Assembly: GCA_951406725.2 (NCBI GenBank)
Contig: OX597815.1
Location: 36,642,001-36,706,000 of the forward strand
Direction: 5' to 3'
From: Octopus vulgaris
Taxonomy: Eukaryota
Length of the DNA: 64,000 bases
The notes under the pieces: generated by a model
Databases searched by the model: none
What the model saw: only the letters and a program-made list of their open reading frames with translations
What the model was told of the DNA's origin: nothing
Made by a program: the position numbers and the translations under genes
Part shown: piece by piece, positions 11,056 to 23,000 of the stretch
Layout of the letters: each line of letters begins with the position of its first letter
Position numbering within the stretch: the first letter of the stretch is position 1

Positions 11056-11806
11056 TATATATATATATATAATGAATATAATAGAAGTTGACAATTTTTT
11101 TATCTTATATTTATTTTGTAAACAAATAATGCAATATTACATAAGCATTTTATAATGTTTCTTTCTTTTCTGGAAACTCGCCGTGTACCGGCAGCTGATG
11201 GCTCGCGAACCAGCACTGGTCTGTGGTCTACCACTTTGAGTAGCACTGCTTTAGACGCTGAGACGTAGTTAGATCACTACCTTCTTTAAATGATATGATT
11301 CAGACACTGCAATTGACCTCCCTAAAGGTGTGTCGATGAGAAATTCGATCATAGCAGACCAGTGAAGCATGGACAAGCAATATAGAAGAGGTAATATGCA
11401 AAAGACGCAAATAGATCCCAATCTGTTATCTAACTCCATGCTAGCTCAATGAACGACAAACTAACAATATTCCAGCACAGAAGGACTTAAAAATACAAAT
11501 GTTGTCACTTTGCCAAATCTTACATAATGTGTCAAGATGTTAATAGAGGTTATGCTTCATCTTGGCAGAAGAGAATGAGGTCAGAAAATACAGGATGACA
11601 AGAGTGACAACACCCACCTATGGAGTGTAGTAAACCATTCCAACCTGCACATTTAGTCTATATTTAAGTTTCACACTGTCATAATAGTCTCCTTCAAAAT
11701 ATTTTAAAACTGACTTCACGTAGACAACTATTTTAGGGACGGCTAGTTTCACTGAAGGCAGTAGTTTTAATAGTAAGACATTTGAATTCATTGTTAAGTA
11801 TTTATA

Positions 11807-12920
11807 CAGGGTGTCTCAAAAGTCACCGTCTATTTCAGTGACATTTGATTTTTGAAAAAAAATTATACTATGCTATCATAAGGATAAGCATCAGTAGTGT
11901 AAATTTGTGTTCATACAAAATGTTAATTGATTTATTTTAATATTTGTCTAGTTTTTATTGTTATTTTTCAGACCCAAGTAACTGATGATGTACGTGAAAG
12001 AGCAGGTGTTTGTGGCAACATGGAAGATAAACGGCTTGAAACACAACGAGAAGCATTTGAACAGGATCTGCAATTATCGATTCGTAGGATAGCTAACTTA
12101 TTAGAATTTCCCTTTGCATCAATCCATGGAATCCTGCGAAGTAATCTGAACACAAAGGTTTTACACAACTTACACGAAGCAGATTACCCATGCAGATCAG
12201 CGATAAATTGAAAGTGCCGATTTAATCAACAAAATTCTGTTCAGTGATGAAGCAGCCTTCCACACACGTGGAAAGGTTAATCATCATAACAGTTACATTT
12301 GGGAAAGTGTGAAACCAACCGAACTTCTTGAATGGGGACGAGATACACTGAATGTGAATGTCTGGCTCAGAATGAGAAAGTCAAAGGACTTTATTTTTCG
12401 CAGAGACGATGGGTGACAGAAACTGTGTATATTGATATGCTTGGACAATTCTTCGAACTTCAACTTCTCACAGGTGGCATTCTTGAAACTAGTTTTTCAA
12501 CAGGATGGAGCACTGTGCCATTACGCAAAGATTGTACGTAATTATCTTGACAGATGCTTCCCTCGTCATTGGATTGGTCGTGAAGGAATGCAACTATGGG
12601 CAACACCCTCACCCAATTTAACACCATTAGAACTTTTTCGCTTGGGGGTTCATTAAGTCTATGGTGTAGAAGAATTAGAGATGCAGCAGTGCTTCGAAAT
12701 CTTATTGATGCAGTTCAAAATGTAACACTTCAAATGCTGGAAATTGTGTTCCAAGAAGCAATTTATTGCTTTAAGCTCTGTAGAGACACTGATGGTCACC
12801 ATGTGGAACATTAATTCTTTGCAACATATATTTTGAAATAAACATGTTATTTAAATTCAAATCAGTGTTTCATAATTCCGATTATTTCTCAAAATATATG
12901 ATGACTTTTGACGCACCCTG
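11807..12920 (+). mobile_element. Tc1/mariner transposon, DD41D (rosa/Visitor-type), decayed transposase
   Basis: TIRs CAGGGTGTCTCAAAAGTCA / TGACTTTTGACGCACCCTG with TA on both sides. Motifs ILFSDEA, FQQDGA, WIGR and SPNLTPL(D)FFAWG after removing one frameshift base. 41 residues separate the 2nd and 3rd Asp. Confidence 0.88.
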
Positions 12921-13784
12921 TATATTGTGAACCAGTTTGTTGCTGAAAGTTGGGAATATGCACAAAAAGCCAAAATTAGGTGGGGAAATAGTCAGACGAT
13001 GAATCTTATTGGACAACAGCAGTCTCTTTCAAATAGGTTTTATTGAAGGCCTTACAATACATGACGCTGAAAGAAAGTAGATATATAATTGCACATAAAG
13101 TATTAAATGTCATTTTTAATCCTTTTACTTTGGAAAGTAGGTATATCCACTAAAAATTTCAATAATTATTTTTATATACCAATCTATTTTTTGTTGCGGA
13201 ATGTCAGGATTGAAACTATTTTCTGTTGAGATATGTCAAGTTTTTGAGACAACGTGACTTGTAGAAAATACCAATTCTATATTTGATAGACATTTAAAAT
13301 CATTACTGAAATAACCATGAAATTTAATTTCGCAGAGAAAGGCTTGAACTTTCAATCATCTGCTTAGTGCTAGCATGAGAGTCAGAGCAAAAAAAGGTGC
13401 TGGATAGTGGCATTCTAACTAATCAAGAGAATTGCCAGCTATTTGTAGACATGTGGGCTTGTTACAGGCAGTAGTTTGTAATAAGCTGATACACCTACAA
13501 ATTGTATTCATGAATGCAATAATATATGCTATATACAAGCAACTATAGTTAGATAGGAACCCTTACTCTTACAATTTATCTATTGTTGGAATCTGGATTA
13601 ATGTATGCTGTTTATTTGCATATTGTCTGTTTCTCAGATTCATGTTGTATAGCCAACAACCAATTCTAAGCTCATTCTTCCCTAATCATTGCATGTTTTC
13701 AGATTTTACTGTTCAGGTTACTTTATTGTATGATACCATACGCCTGATACTTGCTTCATATGTTTTATAGTTTTCGACCGTACA

Positions 13785-13925
13785 ACCATGGCTCTGCAAC
13801 CAGTTGGTTTCGGATTCGGTCTCACTGTGCGACACTTTGGGTAAGTGTCTTCTATTATAGCCCCGGACCAATCAATGCCTTGTGAGTGAAGTTGGTAGAT
13901 GGAAACTGTGTAGAAGCCCATCATA
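13785..13925 (+). mobile_element. Degenerate SINE family A 5' half
   Basis: CTTTGGGTAAGTGTCTTCTATTATAGC..GGTAGATGGAAACTG. Confidence 0.7.
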
Positions 13926-14354
13926 CACACACAAATAATGTGTGCATGAATTCATATATATATGGGTATATACAGTGGTGGACTAAGTCTAAAAATATTG
14001 GTTGCCAGGAGACTAAGGGGACCCACCCACAACTACAATGCTATCCTTTAATTTTTTCTTTTTGTTAAAAGTATTCTTTTCAACTGTCTACAAACACAGC
14101 CAGGCTGAAATAATTAATGTATTCTTCCAGGAGTGAATAAGAAATTCTCAAACTTGAGTGGATGGGCTCCTTAGATACTAACATGGCCCCCGTATATGAA
14201 TTCTAATGGTGCAGGGACCCACTTGCCATCGAGCCAGCTGGCAACCTGGCCAGTCCGCCACTGTGTATGTGTGTGTGTGTGTATGTATCTATATATATGC
14301 ATGTATATATGTATGTGTGTGTCTGTGTCTATGTGTGTGTGTGTGTGTGTATAA

Positions 14355-14645
14355 TAATATGAGGGAATATTATTCCAAACTTACAGGGAAAAATTCAATT
14401 TAGAAATACTAAATCAAATTTCACAAAATATAAAATATATATATAAATTAGAAAAAAAACCCCCACCTTTTATCAATTCAATAAGGAAAAATTAAATTAT
14501 ACCATTTAGAAAATCTACATATCATAGAAAGATTAAATATAAGATAAAATATATAACAATGATTAAGTAATGTGCAAAATAGTAAATAAAATGTAATCAT
14601 TGTTCTAAGTTCTATCTTATATTTAATCTTTCTATAATATGTACA
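14355..14645. mobile_element. Penelope-like remnant with imperfect inverted arms
   Basis: Start resembles 155-235 (TCCAAACTTACAGGGAAAAA). ~14516-14565 is inverted at ~14593-14643. Confidence 0.5.
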
Positions 14646-15368
14646 TTAACATATATTAACATTGACTCCAAATACAGATTCTTCCCACTGATTAAATTTT
14701 TGAAATATGCTAATTTTTCATGTATATTCGTGTAACAATATGCAAAGAGCATGCTCTAGTCACGAAGGCGTTGCTATGTTGCTGCTTTATTCAAATGATA
14801 TGATGTGGTTCAGATGATACAGTTGACCTCACTGAGGGTGTGTCTATGAGAAATTTGATCATGATAAACCAACTGTCTATGAGAAATTTGATCATTATAA
14901 ACCAAGTGTGGACAAGCAATATCACATGAAGATGTAATGCGCAAAAGACTCAGACAAATCCTGATCTGTGTCTTTTGTCATACAACTTCATGCGGACTCA
15001 GTGAACAATAACCAAACCAAACTCTAATGCCTGCATAATTATTTTCTCTTCATAATTTCGGCTTGTACTCTAATGTTAAGGCATTATTGAAGAGGTCTAA
15101 TAACACCCAAACATGCTGGGAATTGTCTTTCGTATTTGCTGAAATGATTAAAATAATATGTCATTCACTTAATGTTATCTTTAGCTATTTCCAATTAGGT
15201 ATTTAAAGCCCATTACAGTAAATCTGCCAGCATTAACTTAGCAATTATTTTTCATGCAGAAGACGTTTCCGAGTAGTTAATCTTATTGTTCTTTTTGTTT
15301 TTGTTTTTTTTCTTTTTTGATACGTTACTTTACACTCTCATGCTAGTCTGGTATACAATGCACACGTG

Positions 15369-15407
<39 letters not shown>

Positions 15408-15512
15408 CACTATCTTGAACCTTCAGTAACACACGTCTTTTCTATTCCATTAAATTTTCCGCTACCACCACCATCACCACCACCACCACTACTGCTGCTG
15501 CTGCTACTGCTG

Positions 15513-15557
<45 letters not shown>

Positions 15558-16388
15558 GTACGGTAGTAAACTTTTTCGAGCGGCACAACACCTACACAAT
15601 CTATGACCTGACCACACCCTCAGAACTAATTATGTCACACAGGTAGTAGAATTCCTTTATAACCTACTAAGGTATGATAGTTCATATAGATGAAATGTAG
15701 TGTTAATAATAATAATAATACATACATACATACATATATATATATATAATTCTAAGGCACAATACTAACAGTGGGTGGAGCAAAATAACATCTTCACACA
15801 GCATAAATTATGATAAGTACATGCTAGGGAGAAAGAGTTCGTAAAGGTTTAAAATAAATGGAATGAGAAATAAGAAAAAAAAAATAAAATAAAAAGGAAA
15901 ACACTTGGGAATATTTATTAGATACCTCAAGGGATATGAGTCTAACACTGCAATTTAACAAAATACCAGTGGAGGCAGGTTGATGAATCTTTTAGTATTG
16001 AAGGCAGTTGGGGTGGGGGGTAGTACAAATGCATAAGAACATGAGAGGTGGTGGTGGTAGTAGAGGGGCATGGGTATCTGTACTAAGAAAAAGGAATCTT
16101 GAATTTTATGAATTCATAGTGATGTAGCTTGAGTGTGTTGGTGCCAGCTGGAGCAACCTTTGTGTTTGTCACCCTTCACATCACTTCTGCCCTTTTATGG
16201 GCTTATATAGCAAAACCCGAAAGTGCAGCTTCTCTTAAAGCAAATTTTTATTTAACCATGTTGGTCTACACTACCAAGGACCCCTTTTATTTAAATGAGT
16301 TTTCCCACAGCCCCTTTTTAATATGCTTATTCATGAAATTTTGAATTTAGTTAACAGACCCCCTGTACTACCTTTGCGAACAGACAGG

Positions 16389-16667
16389 GGTCTAAGAATA
16401 ATTTTAATGGCTTCAATTTTTGGCACAAGGCCAGCAATTTCAGGGTTGAGAGTAAGTTGATTACATCAACCCCAGTGCTCAACTGGTACTTATTTTATCA
16501 ACCCCGAAAGGATGAAAGGCTAAGTCTGCGGAATTTGAACTGAGAATGTAAAGATGGACGAAATACCGCTAAGCATTTTTTTCGGCGTGCTGATGATTCT
16601 GCCAGCTCACTGCCTTAGGAATAATGAGTTCCAACAGGGACACAAGACCAACCCATTTTTGGTACAG
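16389..16667. repeat. 279-bp direct repeat, copy 1 (SINE B plus unique flanks)
   Basis: Near-identical to 17806-18084, including non-SINE flanks and a private SINE deletion. Confidence 0.9.
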
Positions 16668-17805
16668 GAAATGTTACAAAGACAGACAAGGGGTTTGGGA
16701 ACGAATGATTAATAATATGAAGTTAGATATATACTTAAAAATAAATGAAAAATATAAAAATCAAGCTGATTAAAACAGAATGGAGTGAGGGATGTGGCCA
16801 ACCCAACAAACCACGTACCAACACTGAAACTTGGGTTTTTTTCCCTTTTTGTTCTCACTCAAGTAGGTTCATTCATTCTCAACATGCTCGCAACAATCTT
16901 CCATCTTTTCTTGAATGCACTTTGTAACAAGCATCTCATTTCCAGCCTTATTTTCCTTTTCAGGTGGAAAAGGAAAAAGTTAACCAACTTAAGATGAAGT
17001 TGCCCATCTCAATGCCTTTCACTCGTGTCTTCCATATTACCTCCTTCGCGATAGCCACTACACAGTGGAAACAAGCCTGCTCTTCAGAGAAGTCGGCGAG
17101 CTGGCAAAAACATTAGCACGCCGAGAGAAATGCTTACTGGTATTTCGTTTGCTGTTACGTTCTGAGTTCAAATTCTGCCGAGTTCGACTTTGCCTTTCAT
17201 CCTTTCGGGGTCGATTAAATAAGTACCAGTTATACACTGGGTTCGATGTAATCGACTTAATCCGTGTGTCTGTCCTTGTTTGTCCCTTCTGTGTTTAGCC
17301 CCTTGTGGGTAGTAAAGAAATAGGTATTTCGTCTGCCACTATGTTCTAAGTTCAAATTCCGCCGAGGTCGACTCTGCCTTTCATCCTTTCAGGGTCGATT
17401 AAATAAGTACCATTTACACACTGGGGTCGATCTAATTGACTTAATCCCTTTGTCTGTCCTTGCTTGTTCCCTCTATGTTTAGCCCCTTGTGGGCAATAAA
17501 GAAATAAGAGTCGGTGGAACAATCTTAATTATAGACTTGGATGACAGTTGTACTTTTCTCAGTTGTGACAGCAGTTGCTCGACATAAACCCATAATTCCA
17601 AAATCTTTGGACACCGGACAATTGCGTGCAGAGCAGTTTCACTGTTCTGCCCACATCTTGGGTATGTTGGCATGGATGAAGAACTATGTCTGTAGAGTTT
17701 ATCCCAAACAGGCGCCTCGGTAACATTACCACCACCAGGACTTCTGGAAATTATCCATAGGCCCTGGCCTGAATGTTCTCTGGTAAAAGGGAAAGAGGGT
17801 TGTTT
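16668..17805 (-). mobile_element. 3' fragment of a Tx1/L1-clade LINE with a nested SINE B dimer (~17091-17506)
   Basis: ORF 17479-17673 (YPRCGQNSETALHAIVRCP..LWVYVEQLL) is homologous to the C-terminus of the 29.6-30.0 kb LINE. Confidence 0.7.
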
Positions 17806-18084
17806 GGTCTAAGAATAATTTTAATGGCTTCAATTTTTGGCACAAGGCCAGCAATTTCAGGGTTGAGAGTAAGTTGATTACATCAACCCCAGTGCTCAAC
17901 TGGTACTTATTTTATCAACCCCGAAAAGATGAAAGGCTAAGTCTGCAGAATTTGAACTGAGAACATAAAGATGAACGAAACACCGCTAAACATTTTGCTT
18001 GGCGTGCTGATGATTCTGCCAGCTTGCTGCCTTAGGAATAATGAGTTCCAACAGGGACACAAGACCAACCCATTTTTGGTACAG
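17806..18084. repeat. 279-bp direct repeat, copy 2
   Basis: Matches 16389-16667. Confidence 0.9.
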
Positions 18085-19289
18085 TTGGTTTTATCAACAA
18101 CATTTTATGATTGGTACACATTTTATTGATCTCGGAAGAATAAGAAAAGTCGACCTTGGCAAGAATTAAATTAAGAACGTTAAAAGACATTTCTAAAACT
18201 GCTAATCATTTTGCTCATTGACCTACATATTTTACCAATCAAATGGGTTCTGTAAAAAATACTTTTAATAGTAACAAAATCAGTTGTAGTAGCAGAAACC
18301 GATATACTACAGATGGTCGCAGCTAGAATGTTTTTAATCATTGGTCTGTTGGTGTTGGTCAGAAGCTATACAAAAAACAATGTCAACATTTTAACGTCCA
18401 TCTTTCTAAGCTGTCATGAGTTGGGCAGGTCTTCTGTGCAACATAGTGCTACTGTTTTAGTATAAGTCTTCTAATGACTGAAATATAAAGCCTTAACAAC
18501 CTGAGATATGACATCACCTCTTCTCAAATCTGATTTGGGTTTCCTTTTCCACAAGTAACCTCCACTGCCTTCAAAGCATTATGCAAAGCCAACTTTATTT
18601 CCCTTTGCATGCAGAAGCTATAGTAACCTGTGTTGTAATGCATTCCTTCTCATTCATGCTAGCAAGGGTGTACAAGGTTATAATGCAGAAGACTTTGCAC
18701 TAATTCATTGTCTCAGTAACAAGTCACTGATTTTTGTTTCTCTTTTTGCAATAAAGGTGTTCACCATTGCCCTATTAATAAGTTAATTATGTAGACTTCC
18801 ATTCATATTTAACTCTCCTTTCACTTCTTCGTCATCATTTTCTCTCTATATTCTTCTCCCCTCTTAGCCTATTTATTCTGTTTCTCTTCTCTTACTATTC
18901 CTCTTTTCTTACATCCTTACGACAATCTTTGTAGTTATGGCTAATTTGTTTCTGCAACTTATTTTCAAAGTTATAATCGTGCGTGTGAGAATTTAGAGCA
19001 GAATTCAAGACATCAGACAAGACGCTTTATATTATACTACAATGGCTGCTTTGATCTTTGTTTATGAAACCTCTTAAATGGGTAACAAAATAAGTTACTC
19101 CGGATGAGTTAAGTTTGAGATTAATAATAATCTCACACTCCGTGGGTGAAAGAATGTGATTTTATAAATTACTGCATCGTCGAAATATAATTTGAGGATG
19201 TTTGCCTCCTTATAGTGTACCGAGGGGCAAGTTAATTTGAATACGCTCACTGAAATATACCCAAGGTAGATTTAAATCTACTACTACAT

Positions 19290-19715
19290 GGTCCGGTCTT
19301 TGTTGTGGTGTGGACCCTGAGATCTATGTCAGTAGAGCAGAAGCTTCTAGTAGGGCCTGTCTTATGCTGGACAAGTCAAAGGTTAGAGATCAGACTAGTA
19401 TGGTACGCTTCATCCCAGAGATAAAAATGGGTTTGTATAGAGCCAACACCCCTACCTAGCGAAAAAGCAAAGTTACAAAAGAATCAATGAGAATTCATAA
19501 CCAACAAGACCTGGGAGAGGTGGGCTTTCTCTTAGGGAAACACATGCCCTGACTGGGAACCAACAAGTGAGACAGAAGACAGGGCACCTAAAGATAGCTG
19601 AAGACGGGAAAAAGAAGGGATTCAAGTAGAAAGAAGGAAAGACAGTTCAGAGTTGAGAACGATGGAGAAAAGTTGTTGATGGCCTTTGCTCCACGGGGAG
19701 CAAAGGGTTTATGTA
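19290..19715 (+). mobile_element. Internally deleted RTE-clade retroposon (5' UTR-like part joined to a 3' end)
   Basis: RTE-like 5' motif (TTGTTGTGGTG..CCCTGAGATCTATG) and a 3' end encoding RWRKVVDGLCSTGS. Confidence 0.5.
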
Positions 19716-20067
19716 ATGAGTGGACTTAAATCCACGCTTTTTCAGTGCGTTTACTGTTTCAGCATGATGATTTATGCTTTTCCATGGTATGTATGTATGT
19801 GTGTATGTATGTATGTATGTATGTATGTATGCATGCATGCATGTTCTCTTTTGATCATTTAAATTCCTCCTTTGAAGAAGGGGCTGGTTTCTAACAAAGA
19901 TGCAAAACTCCATTGTTGGAATGTAGATAATGAAAACAATGTCACGTTTTAAACCTGAGAAAAGTCTTGCAGAGTTTTACTGTTCCACTTACAGATCATA
20001 TTTATAATGTGTTGATTTCTTTTTCTGAAAATCCAAGCTTATCCAGAACTGACAGTTAGGCATTTAA

Positions 20068-20139
20068 TGTATGTATGCATGCATGTATGTATGTATGTAT
20101 GTATGTATGTATGTATGTATGTATGTATGTATGTATGTA

Positions 20140-20186
<47 letters not shown>

Positions 20187-20199
20187 ATGTATGTATGTA

Positions 20200-20266
<67 letters not shown>

Positions 20267-20280
20267 ATGTATGTATGTGT
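20068..20280. repeat. (TATG)n/(TG)n microsatellite
   Basis: Directly visible in the sequence. Confidence 0.95.
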
Positions 20281-21699
20281 GCATGTGTGCATGTATTAAT
20301 AGCTGTGTGGATTGAGTGATTAAAAATTCTCTTGGCGGCAGTTATTGTGTAATGTTAGTAATATGGCATGAATCATCGAATCATCGACAATTAGGTCTCT
20401 GCTGATGAAACCTTATCAACTCTATCGGCTGACACTCTGTTTACTGTAGATAGCAGCTAGCTTCAAGTTGCCTTCTGTGTGTTAACCATTTTGTTGCATT
20501 TGTCTAATTATCTATTTTTCAACATAGATAATGCAGTGACTCAGCATATCAGCGGACTTTTGTTTTGACATAAAACCGGGTATATATATATTTTTTCTTT
20601 GTAGGCACATTATTCTACTATTGCTTATTCTTAACAAAACGAGCTCCCAATTTCTATGAAGCATGTTTTGGATTTTGATACTTTATAAATGTCTATTACT
20701 GGAAGTGTGAATTTTGTGTCTCGTATCCCCAAGGGCTGATCAATCAAATATGCATCAGGTCTATTAATTATATATGTCCCATAAAAATAAATAAACAAAT
20801 GAATAGTCTAACACCAATGTAAAGTTTATGAAATTCTCTAAAGGGTCATGTTGTTAGCAGGATGTTGAAGTATTTTCTGATATTTAGTTTATGTGTTTCT
20901 TTTATTAACATTCTGTGATCAAATCTTGCTGAGTTCAGCTTCATCATTTATCTCCTTAAACTTGGTCAATGACATTCCAATCTTAGTTCTCCCATCTTAA
21001 AAAAAATTATGTGGTCCTACATAGCACACACATAAGACTACATTATCAAATGTGTCTTCTGTTTTTAGATGATAGGGTGTGACCTATTAGAAATTGGCTG
21101 CTATTTCTAACAGGTCGAAAACATGTTCATTCAGAAGGACTCTATATGCTGTAAATCCTAGGTCAGTAAATATTGCAGATTCAGAGGTGCCATTCTTTAT
21201 ATAATTTAGTTTCAGTCCTTTATATTCTGAGTTCAAATTTCACTGAAGTCGACTTTGTATTTTATTTAAATTCAATAAAATAAGTACTAGTAATACAGTA
21301 GTGTAGTTAGGGTGCAGCCCATCCTGGGAAACTTTGTTGGGGGAGGGTGAATTTTAGTGTCTGTTGTATAAGTCTGCATAGTCTTCGGGCCCCAGAGAGG
21401 GGACTACAGCAATATACTGATCCGATCCAATTAAATATATCCTTTTCAACTTCATTTTAATTTTTGATTGAGCCACTCACCTTCACTTAAACATCTGACT
21501 CTTTTTCCTTTTGTGGTATCACTTTCTAGGGTAGGTGGCTCCAGTTTTAGAGTGTGTGTAAATGATAGTGATATGGCAGCATTGCACTCCAACAGGTGAG
21601 TCACTCCACCTGTCGTTGAGGTCTCACATCGGTTGGCAAAGATTTACGCTCTACTGCATCAATATATCCCTCAGGCGCTACTGTATCAATATATCCCAT

Positions 21700-22205
21700 A
21701 GGTGCAGGAGTGGCTGTGTGGTAAGAAGCTTACTTGCCAACCACATGGTTCCGGGTTCAGTCTCACTGCGTGGCACCTTGGACAAGTGTCTTCTACTATA
21801 GCCTCGAGCCAACCAAAGCCTTGTGAACGGATTTGATAGACGGAAGCAGAAAAGGCCCATCATATATATATATATATATGTATCATCATCATCATCGTTT
21901 AACGTCCGTTTTCCATTCTAGCATGGGTTGGACAGTTCGACTGGGATCTGGGAAGCCAGGAGGCTGCACCAGGCTCCAGTCTGATCTGGCAGTGTTTCTA
22001 CAGCTGGAAGCCCTTCCTAACACCAACCACTCTGTGAGTGTAGTGGGTGCTTTTTACGTGCCACCGGCACAGGGGCCAGAGGAGGCTGGCAAACGGCCAT
22101 GATCGGTTGGTGCTTTTACGTGTCACAGATATGGACGCTAGTCAGGTGGCGCTAGCATCAGCCATGTTCAGACAGTGCTTTTTACATGTCACCAGCATGG
22201 GTATC
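21700..22205. mobile_element. SINE A 5' half (+) followed by a family C copy (-)
   Basis: SINE A head at 21700. Family C (CAT)n end starts at ~21882 inside the SINE's internal (TA)n. Confidence 0.8.
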
Positions 22206-22234
22206 TTCATCATCCTTCTAAGGACTAACCTCTG

Positions 22235-23000
22235 ACCATAGAGCGACTCAACCATGTTCCAGCGACTCAGCCAGTTCCTGCTTCAACCGCGACCAGACAA
22301 CATACAGCAACTCAATGATGCCTTTCTTCACCCCTGTCGCTTTCATCACGATAATGCCTTTCTCTGCCGTTGCCATCACCATCGTTGTCCTTCAACTTCA
22401 CGTCGTCTCCATCTCCATTACTTTCATCTCCAGCAACACCAATATGTACACAGCAACTCACTCAGGTTTAACTTCTATGCTGTTGTGATATTCACCAAGG
22501 TTAACAGCTCCAGTCTAGCTGCGAGAATTCCTGTATCAAGTAACCCGGCACAGCATAATTACCACAACTTCTGCACGTGTAGCAACTGGTACTGCCTTGT
22601 GACCTCAACTTCTTTTACAGGACTACAATTATTGTGTAACCTTACTATGAACTGGTAAATTAACTCTGTCTTGTCTGAAATATCCTGAGAGACTCATTCT
22701 ATGCTCTGTATTGTATTCTGTCTCACATGCATACACTTTGTTTGTACTTCTGTCGCACACTCGAACATACAGACACAAACACTTGTTGCATGCACCCTTG
22801 TTATACTTACAACAGACACACAGCCACACATGTGTGTGCACACAGACACAAACACTTGTTGCATGCACCGTTGTTATACTTACAATAGACAAACAGACAC
22901 ACATGTGCATGCACTCAGACACTACACTCTGCTAGCACCCATACTTTATCCTGTTGTACACATCTGTAAATAAAAGTCTTTCTTCTCTCAAACAGTAGAA
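22235..23000 (+). mobile_element. Solo-LTR-like interspersed repeat
   Basis: Patchy similarity to 34680-35370 (CAGCCAGTTCC, CCTGTA.CAAGT.ACC, CCACAACTTC) with AATAAA near the 3' end. Termini not resolved. Confidence 0.4.

Larger units (their letters stand above)
10414..11248. mobile_element. hAT-like MITE carrying nested SINE insertions
   Basis: Ends (A)AGTGCTTCTCA / TGAGTAGCACTG. 8-bp TSD GTTTAGAC / CTTTAGAC with central TA. Confidence 0.65.

Noticed and set aside
11981-12005. CTGATGA-TGTACGT-GAAAG
   Set aside because: It lies in transposase coding sequence and has no stem I or III, so it is a chance match.
19095-19200. CGGATGAG ... CGAAATATAATTTGAG hammerhead-like spacing
   Set aside because: The core is mismatched and there is no convincing closing helix for stem II.
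20039-20319. Low-complexity ORFs (HTYI, MYVC, poly-H/S/L; also near 27.1, 28.1, 29.0 and 43.7 kb)
   Set aside because: These are translations of microsatellites.
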